A stretch of DNA of 63,707 nt, counting the filler, from Octopus bimaculoides (lineage: Eukaryota): assembly GCF_001194135.2 (NCBI RefSeq). It is 5 parts of 5 records of this genome, joined end to end, with 100 filler letters (N's around TTAATTAATTAA, not from the genome) between each part and the next. Parts side by side here need not be neighbours in the genome. Positions count along the whole stretch, not along the records: positions 1 to 16,547 come from NC_069003.1; positions 16,648 to 33,587 come from NC_068997.1; 3 more parts are not named here. One strand, written 5' to 3'. Positions 11,506 to 24,090 of the stretch are shown one piece after another. A program made the position numbers and the translations under genes. The first letter of the stretch is position 1, and each line of letters opens with the position of its first letter. A model generated the notes under the pieces. The model was not told the origin of the DNA. It did not search any database and worked only from the letters and a program-made list of their open reading frames with translations.

Positions 11506-12496
11506 CACTTACACACACATATAATACAATATACATATATGCATGTATTTATCTGTGTGAGATAACGTAAGTGAAAGCACTGGGAGATATCAATAATGTC
11601 AAAGAGTAGATATTTATATACTAAGTGGTTTGATAGATTATTTACGCCATGATTCCAGCACAATTTCACATTCATGGATTATTCAGATGGCATGTGACAG
11701 CTCATTCATGTATGCATGTTGCCTTCTTTAAAAATGATGGAATTTTGCATCACATGCTCAAAAATGAACAAGAGAGGTAGCTTCTAGATGTTTTTATTAT
11801 CAGCTTCGTGTTCTAGTCACCATCTTGAAGAATTTTAGTTATATGGATTGGCCCCAGCCTGGTATTTATTCTATTAGTCTTTTTTGCTGAACTACTAAGT
11901 TATGGGAATGTAACTACAACACCAGTTGTCAAGTGAATATGGGAGACAAACACAGACACAAAGGCACACATACACACATACATACTTATACACACACTCA
12001 CACACACATGATGGACTTCTTTCAGTTTCCATTCAATCAAATCCACTCACAGGGCTTTGGGAAGGCTGAGGCTATAATAGAAGGCACTTACTCAAGGTGT
12101 CATGCAGTGGGATTGAACCTAGAACCATGTGGTTGGGAACCTGGAATCATGTGATTCTTATCACACAGCCACACCTCTGCCTATATATGTGATGTTTGTC
12201 CATATGTATGTTTTATTTTGCCACATTAAATTTCAATATATTTATAAGCTTCACCACATGAAAGGTATCTGTAGAAATTTTCATTAAAATTACCTGTTTT
12301 TCTGACAAATATGCAGAAAAAATTTGGAGTGGTGGGGAGCATGCTTATGTAGGAATGCCATAAATTTCTTTAAAAATATGTATATTTGACAAGTCCCTTA
12401 ATTCCTTTGGGATCGCTGGGGTACTGCAGTCATGCAACATATCTAAGGCGAGAAAGCCTGGTGGAGCCCATCCCTCTCCAGGCTAAATTCATTTCT

Positions 12497-12729
12497 TATT
12501 CCTTTATTGCCCACAAGGGGCGAAACATAGAGGGGACAAACAAGGACAGACAAAGGGATTAAGTCGATTACATCGACCCCAGTGCGTAACTGGTACTTAA
12601 TTTATTGACCCCAAAAGGATGAACGGCAAAGTCGACCTCGGTGGAATTTGAACTCAGAACATAATGGCAGACGGAATACCGCTAAGCATTTCGCCCGGTG
12701 TGCTAACGATTCTGCCAGCTCGCTGCCTT
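12497..12729 (-). mobile_element. SINE family B inserted into a family E SINE, with an 18-bp TSD (one mismatch)
   Basis: caggctaaattcatttct at 12479-12496 versus caggctaaactcatttct at 12730-12747. Head ggcagcgagctggcag; B-box-like gagttcaaattcc. Confidence 0.85.
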
Positions 12730-12952
12730 CAGGCTAAACTCATTTCTACAGCTGAGTGGACTGGAGCAACTTGAAATGAAGTGTTTTGCACAAGAACACA
12801 ACAGATCACCCAGTCCAGGGATTGAAACCATAATCTCATGATCATGAATCCAACACCCTAACCACTAAGCCATGTGCCTCCCCCCCCCCAAAAAAAAACA
12901 AACAAAAAAGAATGAGTATATCTAGCTTAAAATATTTGGAAACAATATTTAC

Positions 12953-13795
12953 ATTTGCTTTTGAATGTCAGTTTTCATCAATTTTATTCTATCAACATTG
13001 ACCCAAAGGTTCCAGTATTTCTCACCCGTAGTTCCTTTCAAAAAGTTGTAGAAGTTACTGAAATCTTCATGGGTTTCCATTGTGTAGGTACCCAACGGTT
13101 CCGCATTCATCGCATCGGATTCGTTCTCTTCAGGAATAATGTCTTCCCATGATGGCTCTTCTTCAAGATCACTTTGAGAGTAAATATTTCCAAGAATTTC
13201 TGATGATGTCGCATCAATAGGGAGACTACTTCTCTTAACTGGATGCTTCATATGAATATTTGGTTCTGTTTTAGCTTTTCCAAGACTATATGATGAAGTT
13301 CCATCAGTTTCATCAAGTTGTGGTAACACATTTTCTTGAACATGGTTTAATGGTATTGGATTTTCTTCCATATTCTTTGATGGTGTTACATCTTGCTCCA
13401 GATTGTTTGATGGTGTTTCAACATTGTTCAATGGGGTTACATCTTGTTCCAGATTGTTTGATGGTGTTACATCTTCCAGGTTGCTTGATGGTGTTTCAAC
13501 ATTGTTTGGTGGTGTTACATCTTGTTCCAGATTGTTTGGTGGTGTTACATCTTGCTCCAGATTGTTTGATGGTGTTACATCTTGTTCCAGATTGTTTGAT
13601 GGTGTTACATCTTGTTCCAGATTGTTTGATGGTGTTACATCTTGTTCCAAATTGTTTGATGGTGTTTCAACATTGTTTGATGGTGTTACATCTTGTTGCA
13701 GATTGGTTGATGGTGTTACATCTTCTAAATTCTCTGATGGTGTTATATCTTCTTCAAGGTTGCTAGGTAGTGTGGTCTCTTCCTGGTTTGCATCT
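12953..13795 (-). CDS. RGS22: RGS22-like exon with tandem repeat region and start of an RGS-like domain
   Basis: Acceptor tttctttcag| at phase 2 joins AA+A=K in frame with the previous exon; donor AT|gtaaat; 843 nt open. Ends FYNFLKGTTGEKYWNLWVNVDRIKLMK, similar to recalled RGS22 FLxGTLGEKYWWLWMDIERLK. Confidence 0.85.
13370..13765 (-). repeat. Coding minisatellite (30-, 27- and 21-nt units; PSNNLEQDVT / PSxNLEDVT / PSNNVET)
   Basis: Tandem units of the type gatggtgttacatcttgttccagattgttt on the + strand; all unit lengths are multiples of 3. Confidence 0.95.
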
Positions 13796-13845
13796 CTGAA
13801 AGAAAAACATGTGTGTAAGTATATCCATCTAACTATATAAGTGTG

Positions 13846-13890
<45 letters not shown>

Positions 13891-14232
13891 ATGCACGTGT
13901 GTATTTATTGTAAATGTTGTGTACACAATTAGATGTATGACTACTGATGATTTGAAAATATGCAGAAATCCAGATCTAGCAATTCCACCATTGATGGTGG
14001 AATTGCTAGATTTGGAAGCTGGAAGCTTTTTGTCTGCTACTGATATTTCTATACTTTTAAGCACTGTATGTTTATACAAGATACCTTTTCAAAATAAATA
14101 CTGCAATATTTATGGCATTCTTACTGTATATCCATGTTAAATAAGATATGCAGATCCCTATTACAACAGGTAATATCTATTTAAGGGTGAGCGAACAACA
14201 AATTGGTGAATTAATAATTTGCAGCAACTTAC

Positions 14233-15050
14233 TTGCTCCCAGTTTTGTTTTCCGCTTCCTCGTCATCTTCCAGCACATCAAACGTCCTTTTTTTATTCAG
14301 CTTATCGGCTGTAATACTGAAATGGAAGGTGTTCAGTTTCGACAAACACGGTTCTGAAGCTAAATCAGACATAATCCTCTCTTCTGAACTACTGCCTAAC
14401 ATAGCCAAAGCACTTTTAAAAGTTGCCACCGTCACCAACGCAGCAAGTTGGTCTAAATTCTGAATCGAATCCAAATAACTCACTTCAGATTCGTCGCATG
14501 GCGTCTCGACTAAATCTTCAATAGGTTCCAAGTAGATTATCGGAGACACGTCTTTGAAAACCACACATTTAACTGAGACATCTGCAGCAGATTCCTTTAC
14601 TTCATCCTCTTGATCTCCCTTTTCTTGATCTTCTTCATCTTTAGAAACTTCCTTCTCACTATATTTACTCGTGAGGGATTCAGAGAAAATTTCTCTTGAT
14701 ATGACAAGCATGGAATCAGATGACACTTCATCTGATATCATAGATTTCTGTATTCTGTACCAGTCTTCCAAATCTCCTAGTTTGGTTTTACCTTTTGAAA
14801 TGTGCAGAGCCTCCATTAGATATTCTAAAGATGTTTTTTTCTCGACCTCATAACTATCCTCCTGTTTTGCTGTCTGATACTCAAGCTCTCGAAAATCCAA
14901 CATTAGGCCATGCTTAGGGTGCTTTAGCTCAACGATCTGTGCTTGTGACAGAAGTTTAGCAATTCGATATTCAGCATATGAAAGGCTTCGCAGAAATGTT
15001 GACAATCTTGTTGCTTTGATCCATTGGAGTCCAACATCTTTACTTAAAGT
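14233..15050 (-). CDS. RGS22: RGS22-like gene, internal exon (most 5' exon confidently placed)
   Basis: Acceptor tttcttgacag| at phase 0 and donor AA|gtaagt at phase 2. Translation begins TLSKDVGLQWIKATRLSTFLRSLSYAEYRIAKLLSQ, resembling my recall of the vertebrate RGS22 N-terminal motif (GIxWIKxERLPAFLxSDCYxEYRLAKLVSQ). An acidic low-complexity region follows. Confidence 0.85.
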
Positions 15051-15356
15051 CTGTCAAGAAACACATTAGCAGTTTTAGAAAAGAAAAAACAACAACAATT
15101 CTCTGATTTATTAACATACTGTATACATGAATATATATATATATGTGGAACCAGTAAAAGATATAAGAAATATACAAGGTGTGGCAGAAGTAATGTACTT
15201 TTGTGTAGTTTTTGAGTTTTCTAGTTTCTGATTGAGTTTCTTTTTTTATTTCAGAAATTTAAGATAAATATGGCCATGTGATTAACGAAGAAACAAAGAG
15301 TTATGTAATGAATTTGTGTTCAATAAAAAAATTACTTAATAAACATTTATATATGA

Positions 15357-15598
15357 TAGGTGCAGGTGTGGCTGTGTGGTAAGTCGCTTGCTTACCAACC
15401 ACATGGTTCCGGGTTCAGTCCTACTATATGGCACCTTGGGCAAGCGTTTTCTACTATAGGCTTGGGTTGACCAAAGCCTTGTGAGTGGATTTGGTAGACG
15501 GAAACTGAAAGAAGTCCGTCATATATATNNNNNNNNNNTATATATATATATATATATATGTGTATATATATATATATGTGTATATATATATATATGTT

Positions 15599-15656
<58 letters not shown>

Positions 15657-15830
15657 TGTGTCTGTGTTTGTCCTCCTAACATCACTTGACAGCCGATGCT
15701 GGTGTGTTTACGTCCCTGTAACTTAGCGGTTCGGCAAAAGAGACTGATAGAATAAGTACTATGCTTACAAAGAATAAGTCCTGGGGTCGATTTGCTTCAG
15801 TAAAGGCGGTGCTCCAGCATGGCTGCAATC
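15357..15830 (+). mobile_element. Bipartite family A element: head, internal (TA)n(TG)n microsatellite, 3' module
   Basis: The same head/microsatellite/module order occurs inverted at 10466-11024 and 11870-12182. The 3' module alone occurs at 30340-30520. Confidence 0.75.
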
Positions 15831-15848
15831 ATAAAGAAATACTATAAA

Positions 15849-16309
15849 TAGCGGTGTAGCCAGGATAAACTGCACCTGGGGCAAGCTGCAAAAATGCTCC
15901 CCCATTCACCACCAATTACAAAGTCCATGATATTATGTAGTACTTAATTGTTACAAGTAATTAATGTTTTAAAGCAATGTTTTAGGAATAAACACTTTAC
16001 CAGGATTCATTTACCTGCCGGTTCAGTACAGCATGTAATTCAAAATATATTTTTTTGAATGTTTACTTTCACGAGGCCTTATTTGATATGCCCTTTTATA
16101 AAAATGTCCAGACATGAATGTAGACAACCACCATATTGCGTTTACCTTCAATAATAGCATAAAACGATTTGCTGCAGATCCATATTTACAACTGCAATTT
16201 TATAAATGGAGTTTAAGCTTATCATATTATGGTCAATTCTGCACTCCACCTTCAATCGAGGCCTGGGGCACGTGCCCCCCCCCCTTGATCCCCACTAATT
16301 ACACTACTG
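15849..16309. mobile_element. Probable non-autonomous DNA transposon (hAT-like termini)
   Basis: Degenerate termini tagcggtgtagccag and ctaattacactactg, with G/C-rich subterminal blocks; no clear TSD. Confidence 0.4.
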
Positions 16310-16547
16310 GTTATTAAATGCAAAAAGGGCATTACTTCTGCCGCACCCTGTATTGTAAATGAAAAAAAAATCAGTATAACAGGAGTGGCAGTGTGGTAAG
16401 TAGCTTGCTTACCAGCCACATGGTTCTGAGTTCAGTCCCACTGCATGGCACCTTGGGCAAGTGTCTTCTACTATAGCCTCGGGCCGACCAAAGCCTTGTG
16501 AGTGGATCTGGTAGACGGAAACTGAAAGAAGCCCATCGTATATATAT

Positions 16548-16647
16548 NNNNNNNNNNNNNNNNNNNNNNNNNNNNNNNNNNNNNNNNNNNNTTAATTAAT
16601 TAANNNNNNNNNNNNNNNNNNNNNNNNNNNNNNNNNNNNNNNNNNNN
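16548..16647. other. Artificial 100-bp join: N44-TTAATTAATTAA-N44 (also at 33588-33687, 53590-53689 and 58363-58462)
   Basis: Identical geometry four times; the 12-mer gives stop codons in all six frames. Confidence 0.95.
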
Positions 16648-16999
16648 ATATATATATATATATGTAATACTAAATTACCAACAGAGGGAACTAACTAGTA
16701 GGGATAGAAAACAAAATGAAAGAATCTAGACAAAACAAAAAGCACGAAGGAATGAAAAAGAGAAAGAAACAAAGAATGGAAGAAAAGAAAGAATTGTATT
16801 ACACAGGAAACCAGAATAAAGGCAACACTGTCGAAAAATATTCTGAAAAATAATCGAAAATACAAACAAGCATACATACGTACATACATCGATGCATGCG
16901 TGTATGCACACATACATGCATACAAACACATACAAACATGGTTGCAGCTCTACTGATAACGCGAAAGAATGGAATTGCAAAGATCAAGAACTATTGCGT

Positions 17000-17260
17000 T
17001 CGGCATTTGCGTTGATGATATTCTTGTTCAATGGTTCCCCTGAAATCATCGACTATTGCCTCTTTAACTACCCCGACCCCCAAAAAATCAAGTGTTGTGA
17101 CGCCCGGTGAACATGAAGGGAATTCTACCGAATCTCTTCGTTCATTCCAGATGTTTGGCAAAATCTTATCGAGGTTATATTACTATGGTGGTGTGTAGTT
17201 GCACCACCTTGATGGAAATATAAACCCACATCTTCCAAGTTCTCCTGAATGCTTGCCATA
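17000..17260 (-). mobile_element. Decayed Tc1/mariner-superfamily transposase fragment
   Basis: LYFHQGGATTH (like WFQQDGAxxH), then after a frameshift PSCSPGVTTLDFLGVGVVK (like PPRSPDLTPLDFFLWGYxK). Confidence 0.5.
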
Positions 17261-17409
17261 AGAAATTGTCGCAGGAAGTGCAAGTAGATGGTACCAGACA
17301 CAAGACCGGCGAAAACATACGCCATAGGAACCGGGAAACCGGGCCCATGAGCCTCACTAGGCTTTGAAAGGGCGACGTTTATCGTTTTATATATATATAT
17401 ATAATACAT

Positions 17410-17455
<46 letters not shown>

Positions 17456-18377
17456 CATACACACATATATATATATAAATATATTTAGATATATATGTAT
17501 ATGTGACTGTCACCCTATATATATTTATCATGTATATATGTGTGCGTTTATGTGCGTGTGTGTNNNNNNNNNNNNNNNNNNNNNNNNNNNNNNNNNNNNN
17601 NNNNNNNNNNNNNNNNNNNNNNNNNNNNNNNNNNNNNNNNNNNNNNNNNNNNNNNNNNNNNNNNNNNNNNNNNNNNNNNNNNNNNNNNNNNNNNNNNNNN
17701 NNNNNNNNNNNNNNNNNNNNNNNNNNNNNNNNNNNNNNNNNNNNNNNNNNNNNNNNNNNNNNNNNNNNNNNNNNNNNNNNNNNNNNNNNNNATATATATA
17801 TATATATATACACATACATACATGCACGTGTATTATGTGCGTGTACATGGTGTGCAGGGTTTCAAGTTTTGAAGTTTATATTTCATTACAATAAATGTTG
17901 CACTAGATTTTGACAGTCTGTTAATTTTATCCTCCAGTCTCTGCAACAAAAATAAACACAGAAACCAAGAAACAAATAAATATATAAACCCATCAATAAA
18001 ACATACAAAAATTACAGGAAAAAACAAAATCCCAGCTCAGAAAAGAGATTGGTCAGCGAAACTCTAGACTCAACATTGATTTAACTGCAGGTAAATAATA
18101 TCAATAAATAAACAAGGCAGGTAGTTGTTGATGTTGAACGCAGTTTTCTGCTAACCTGTTTTAGTTATAGGTTTATATCTAATTTCCGTTTGACGGTCAG
18201 CAGGAAATAAGAACAAGACAAGAAAGAAAGAAAAATTGACAATAAAAATGGAAAATAAAATTAAAATAAATAAGAAAAAAATGTAAAAAGTATTAAAAAA
18301 AGACCCCCGAAAGCACCCGACTAAATCTACCTTTCCATCATTGTACATGTGTGTGATATGATGGAGTAGTTCATTGC

Positions 18378-18455
<78 letters not shown>

Positions 18456-18505
18456 GTAACATATAATATATATAAAAATATACATACATATATATATATA
18501 TATAT

Positions 18506-18583
<78 letters not shown>

Positions 18584-18936
18584 ACATATATATATATATA
18601 CAGTTGTATATATAAATACGTATTTTTAATATATGTATTCAAATGCATATGTATAGAGATATGTATGTATGTGTGTGAGTGTGTGTGTGTGTGTGTGTGC
18701 GTGTGTGTGTGTGTGTGTGTATTGATGAAATTTCATTCGGGCCTGAATGCAAAATCAAGAAATGGTACGTTCGTACGTTTTTATTTTCACTTGGATCCAC
18801 AGACCATATTCTCACCTGATATACGATGAACCATTTATCCAAGTACGCATGGATGTATACAGTGTATATACGTGTGACTCTTATAATACAGTCGTCTATG
18901 AACCCATCTATCCGTCAATCTATCTATTTATATACG

Positions 18937-19007
<71 letters not shown>

Positions 19008-19487
19008 TTATTTATCTAACTATCTGTGTATATCATAGGGTAAAAATTCGATATTAATTAATATCAATTTAATACCAGCAAACTAGCACATTAAAAGAAT
19101 CAGAAGGTTCAGGAAAAAATTTTTCGAGATCCTAAAAGAATTATGATACTTGTGTGGGCATGTATGTATGTCATGCATATATAGTCCTCTGTCTCCGACC
19201 ATTCTGGGGCATACCTTTTTCTAGATTTAGCACACAGTTTTATTGCATTTTATTGTCAATTCCTCGTTGTTAAAACGTCCAGAGCACCTGCTACGTCCCT
19301 TTATGACTTTATGACTCTTAAGGCATAATACCGCCCGGTATTCGCACGGATAATCGCCCAAACTCATGCATAACGAGAAGGATAAGTATAGACAACAATA
19401 TGTACACGCATACATGCATACATACATATATTTATGTATGTACGTGTGTGTATAAGTCTATATATATTATATTGAAGCTATATACAG

Positions 19488-19522
<35 letters not shown>

Positions 19523-19752
19523 ATATCTATCTATCTATTCTTCTATTGTGTCGTGAATATATGGCATTATCGACGTCTTTTCTCGTGTGTGAGTGTGTGT
19601 GTCTATATCTCTATATCTATGTGTTTATGCACGTATTTGATATCTACCTATACATGTCTCATCACATATATACACTCAAAAACACGTCGATATGAATATC
19701 AATACCTGAACGTGTGTCTGTGTATACCGATATCTATGTATATATATATATA

Positions 19753-19799
19753 TGGTAAGAACTATATCCAAATTAAAGGCACGGCTATGGGGACGAGGT
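19753..19799 (+). mobile_element. Penelope-type RT fragment at a gap edge
   Basis: GKNYIQIKGTAMGTR matches the PLE RT YxQxxGTAMG motif. Confidence 0.5.
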
Positions 19800-20178
19800 N
19801 NNNNNNNNNNNNNNNNNNNNNNNNNNNNNNNNNNNNNNNNNNNNNNNNNNNNNNNNNNNNNNNNNNNNNNNNNNNNNNNNNNNNNNNNNNNNNNNNNNNN
19901 NNNNNNNNNNNNNNNNNNNNNNNNNNNNNNNNNNNNNNNNNNNNNNNNNNNNNNNNNNNNNNNNNNNNNNNNNNNNNNNNNNNNNNNNNNNNNATATATA
20001 TATACATATGCATATATATAACGTATGTAAAGAATCGTTTATAAGTGCATGAGGACAGGTGACTAAGACAGCACCGTAAACCTACCCGTTTCCCGGTGCC
20101 ACGCTTCACTGTGATCTATGGGTTTTCGTAAACGTTAACGAATCTCAGTGTGGTGCATACGCCATTTTTCTCGGTCAC

Positions 20179-20220
20179 CTGCCTGACAGGTGGCTGCAAC
20201 GGAAATGCCCTGATCGCCAT
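20179..20220 (-). CDS. Candidate first coding exon of the RGS22-like gene
   Basis: MAIRAFPLQPPVRQ followed by CAG|gtgacc donor in a locally GC/CpG-richer patch; loosely like the recalled RGS22 N-terminus (MPEKRLTAEPP). Lies across an artificial join. Confidence 0.2.
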
Positions 20221-22789
20221 GATTGATTGTTCCCGTTCCACCTTGACAAGGTACGCTACACATGGTAAGGTGTAAAATAATATACACAAATATATTATAC
20301 GTACGTACGCACCCACACCCATACAAGCGTGTATGTATGCGTGCGTGTGTGTATATATATGTGTGTGCGTATACACACATATATATATTTATACATACAT
20401 GCATATTGTCATAGAAGTGTGTGTAGGTGTGAGTGTGTATGCATGTGTGTATGTTGAAGGATATATACGTACGCGTGTGTTAAACATATACGATGTATAT
20501 AACTTATATAGAAGAGGCATAAAATTTCTAATACTTAACATACATGGATGAATAAGTGTGTGTGTGTATGTGTGTGTGAATGTGTGTGTGTGCACATATA
20601 TAAACATATATAAACTCACAAATATTCACACACATATAATAGGGTTGCATTTGCAACGGTTACTAATCGATGCAATTGAAACACGTGAAGGTCTATGTAA
20701 AGCTGTATATATAAAAGAATTAAAGGCAATACTAGGCTACTCCGTAATAATTCTTCTTATTATTATCACTGATATATATTTCGTTTTTGGATTTGGTTTT
20801 CAATATATACATATATGTATAAGTGATGCTTTCCTATATAAGCTTAAACGTATTTGTTTTCTCAAATAAATGACACTTCATATTGAAGCTCTGATGAATA
20901 TATGTTTATATATCATTATGCATATAATTATGCATATATGACGTGAATATAAATTTGAAAATTTAGCACAATGCCAGCAGTTTTGGGGAGGGAGGGGGCT
21001 AAGTCGATTACATCAACCCCCAGTGCTCAACTGGTACTTATTTTATCAACTCCAAGAGGTTGAAATGCAAAGTGGACTTCGGTGGAATTCGAACTCAGAA
21101 CGTAAGGACGGAAGAAATACCACTAAGCATTTTGCTCAATGGGCTCAATTGTTTCCTATTTGTACAGAAGGCTTGTGTGGAGGTTTCCAAAGTATGCTGT
21201 CGGCCCTTTACTTGGTTTCTTCCTTCCGATCTTTCCTCCGAATGTATGACAAATTTACCTGGGTATAATTTGGACCCAGACCGTCAGAATTCAAATGAAA
21301 TGCGGCGAGGCATTTTCACTGAGGCTTTAGTGATTCTGCAAAGTCATATCACTTATAATAATTGTTCTTAACAAACGCATGAACAACGTTTTGCCACCTC
21401 ATCGATTTCATGGTTTAAGAAACCGGTTTGACATTTTTGTAGGCGAATTTTTTCAACTGAAACCAAAGTTGACTTCACAAAATGAAAGCAGAAATACAGA
21501 CTGGCATATCTGGCGGTGACATTCTGGTTTCGATATTGGCCAAAAGTTTCCAAAGAGACGGGATTAGCAACGACAAATTGTTCTAACCACAGCCACAGTC
21601 ACAAACACATCACACACACACACGTGTATGTATGTATATATATATATATATATATATATACGATGGGCTTCTTTCAGTTTCCGTCTACCAAATCCACTGG
21701 CCAGGCTTTGGTCGGTCCGAGGCTATAGTAGAAGATACTTGCCCAAGGTGCCACGCAGTAGTATTGATCCCAGGACCATAGAGAGAGAGAGAAAGAAAGT
21801 TTGCTGGATAAAGACATATTTTCTTCTTTCAGTTCCAGTGTGTTGCACTGTTTCTTTCTGTCTTTATTTCTTCCTTCCTTTACGTCTCTCTCTCGCGTGC
21901 TCTCTCTCTCTCCCTATCTGACCCTCCGTCTCTCTCTCTCGTTCGTTTATTTCTTCTCCTCAACTACTCCTCCCCCACTGTCGTCTGTTTTTCCTGAATT
22001 TCTCTCCCGCTCTCTTTTACTCTCCTCCTTTTCTTCCTTCCTTATCTCTCCCTAACTCTCTCTCCCTATCTGACCCTCTGTCTCTCTCTCTCGTTCTTTT
22101 ATTTCTTCTCTTCAACTACCCCTCCCCCACTGTCGTCTGTTTTTCCTGAATTTCTTTCCCGCTCTCTTTTACTCTCCTCCTTTACTCCCTTCACTTTATC
22201 TTTCATTCTTTTCTTTCACGCTTCATCTCCTTATCTTCATTTTCTTTTATTTCTTTCTCCTCTACTTTCCTTCCACCCTGACATTTGTTATCCCCTGCTC
22301 CCTTTCACCTAAAATCCTTTCTTCATTTTCGTATCTTCCTCTCTCCCCCTGTGTGTGTGTGTGTGTGTCTCCCTCTCGGTTTCTCCTCATATCTCTCTTC
22401 CGTTTCCAATCCATTGTCATTTCTTCATCTTCTTCATCTCCTCCCATCTCTCATTAACCCTCCTTTCCTTTCTCCTATCACCATCCTCAACGTCCTCCTC
22501 CCCATCATCTTCAATCCCCATTATTTTCCACTTAATATTATATTTTGTCCTTTCACTTAGAATCCTTCCTCTCATCAATTTCGCATTCGTCGTCCTATTC
22601 CACTTCCAGCAATAACATGGCGTACATTATCAGCCTCGCTCTCATACAGTACCCAGGTGTTTCCTTTCGACTCTTGACGAAACACTTAATTCTCTGCGCT
22701 TCACTTCACGACAACACAGATGCTACATTACGGTGGTCTGTTAGATATAGACGCTCTGTTTCATAATACACTATCAAACGGGACGAATA

Positions 22790-23170
22790 TACGTAGTCTG
22801 ATCAATAAGTATCCGTACTGTTGCCATAGTAACGAAGCTAAAGCACGCAGAATAAAACCCCTTAGCACAGACTGACCTTGGACTCTGCTGTGCGTGCTCA
22901 ATAAGTTTTAACGTTCTAGCTCAATTCCGCTGTTTACAGCAGTGCTTGGAAGAAAGGCGTGTAGCGTGTGATAGTCGCATTAACCATGACAAAGAAAGTT
23001 TGTCATGGCGATAACTGCTCAGAGGCCTACGCAATGTTGCAGAAAGTGTGTAGAGAGGGGTATATAAGTTGAACGCAAGTGTACGAGTGGTTCAGATGTT
23101 TCTAAGATGGCCGAAAAAATGTCGATATTGCGGAACGATCGGGGCGAACCACAAGCAGGAGAACCGAGAA
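22790..23170 (+). mobile_element. Mariner 5' fragment (TIR, leader and decayed HTH N-terminus)
   Basis: TA followed by tacgtagtctgatcaataagtatcc, a TIR-like start. QVYEWFRCF*DGRKNVDIAERSGRT matches the mariner VYEWFxRFxxGR...RSGRP motif. Confidence 0.7.
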
Positions 23171-23174
23171 AAAC

Positions 23175-23243
<69 letters not shown>

Positions 23244-23916
23244 AGGTTGCGAGCTGGCAGAGTTGCTAGCACACTGGGCAAAATTCAAAGAGGCATATCG
23301 TCCGTCCTGTTTTCGAGTGCCGCCGAGATCAACTTTGCCTGTCATCCAGTTGGGGTCGATAAAATGAACACCGGCTGAATATTCGGGTCGATGTAAGCAA
23401 CTTACTCCCTCCTCCCAAATTACTGGCCCTGTGCCAAAATTTGAAATCAATATTTTTACATATACCAGACTGGCGCTCCAATCAGAGATAGATTGATAGA
23501 TAGATATATAGATTGATAGATAGATGGATACGAGCATATTTCTACATAACCCAACAGGTGACAATAAGTGAATGTGAAATTATGTGTGTATTTATGTAAA
23601 TGCAGGTCTGCGAAACTTTATTTGTGGTTTATGACACTCCATATTTGACGTTGTGCAAAAACAGATCGATAAAATATGTATTAGACAAAAATACGTGATC
23701 GACATACTTATCATATTGAAATCCTTCAAGGCGATTCACCAACATGGCCGTCTGGAAGCAATAAAATAATTACAGAATAAATAAGTCTGTGTTTTTGAAT
23801 ACACACACACTCGCACGCACGCACACACACACGCACACACGCACGCACACACACACACACACAAACACACACATACATCCATAACATATATAACTCCAAA
23901 TACAAATTCTCTAACG

Positions 23917-23954
<38 letters not shown>

Positions 23955-24057
23955 ATTATAAGCGCACANNNNNNNNNNTGTATGAATATATACTCATACA
24001 TATATATATATGTGTGTATATTGATATGTGCGTGTGTTAGGCGGTGTGTTTAGTTAC

Positions 24058-24090
<33 letters not shown>

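Noticed and set aside
12292-12368. Candidate missing RGS22 exon ending CAG|gtaatt
   Set aside because: No acceptor gives phase 2 at both ends in one open frame, and there is no resemblance to the expected RGS helix.
8765-13765. 8-nt complementarity (tgtaacac) between the intronic 12-mer array and the exonic repeat
   Set aside because: The match is too short and AT-rich and the arrays are more than 4 kb apart, so it is likely coincidence.
13290-13840. Alternative minus-strand ORFs over the minisatellite, and a CRISPR-like appearance of the 30-bp repeats
   Set aside because: The units are contiguous with no unique spacers and there are no cas genes. Only the frame joined by phase-compatible splice sites continues into RGS22-like sequence.
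16146-16191. 46-nt candidate RGS22 exon (CKYGSAANRFMLLLK) with good AG/GT sites
   Set aside because: It lies within a probable DNA-transposon remnant, and no phase-compatible upstream exon could be chained to it.
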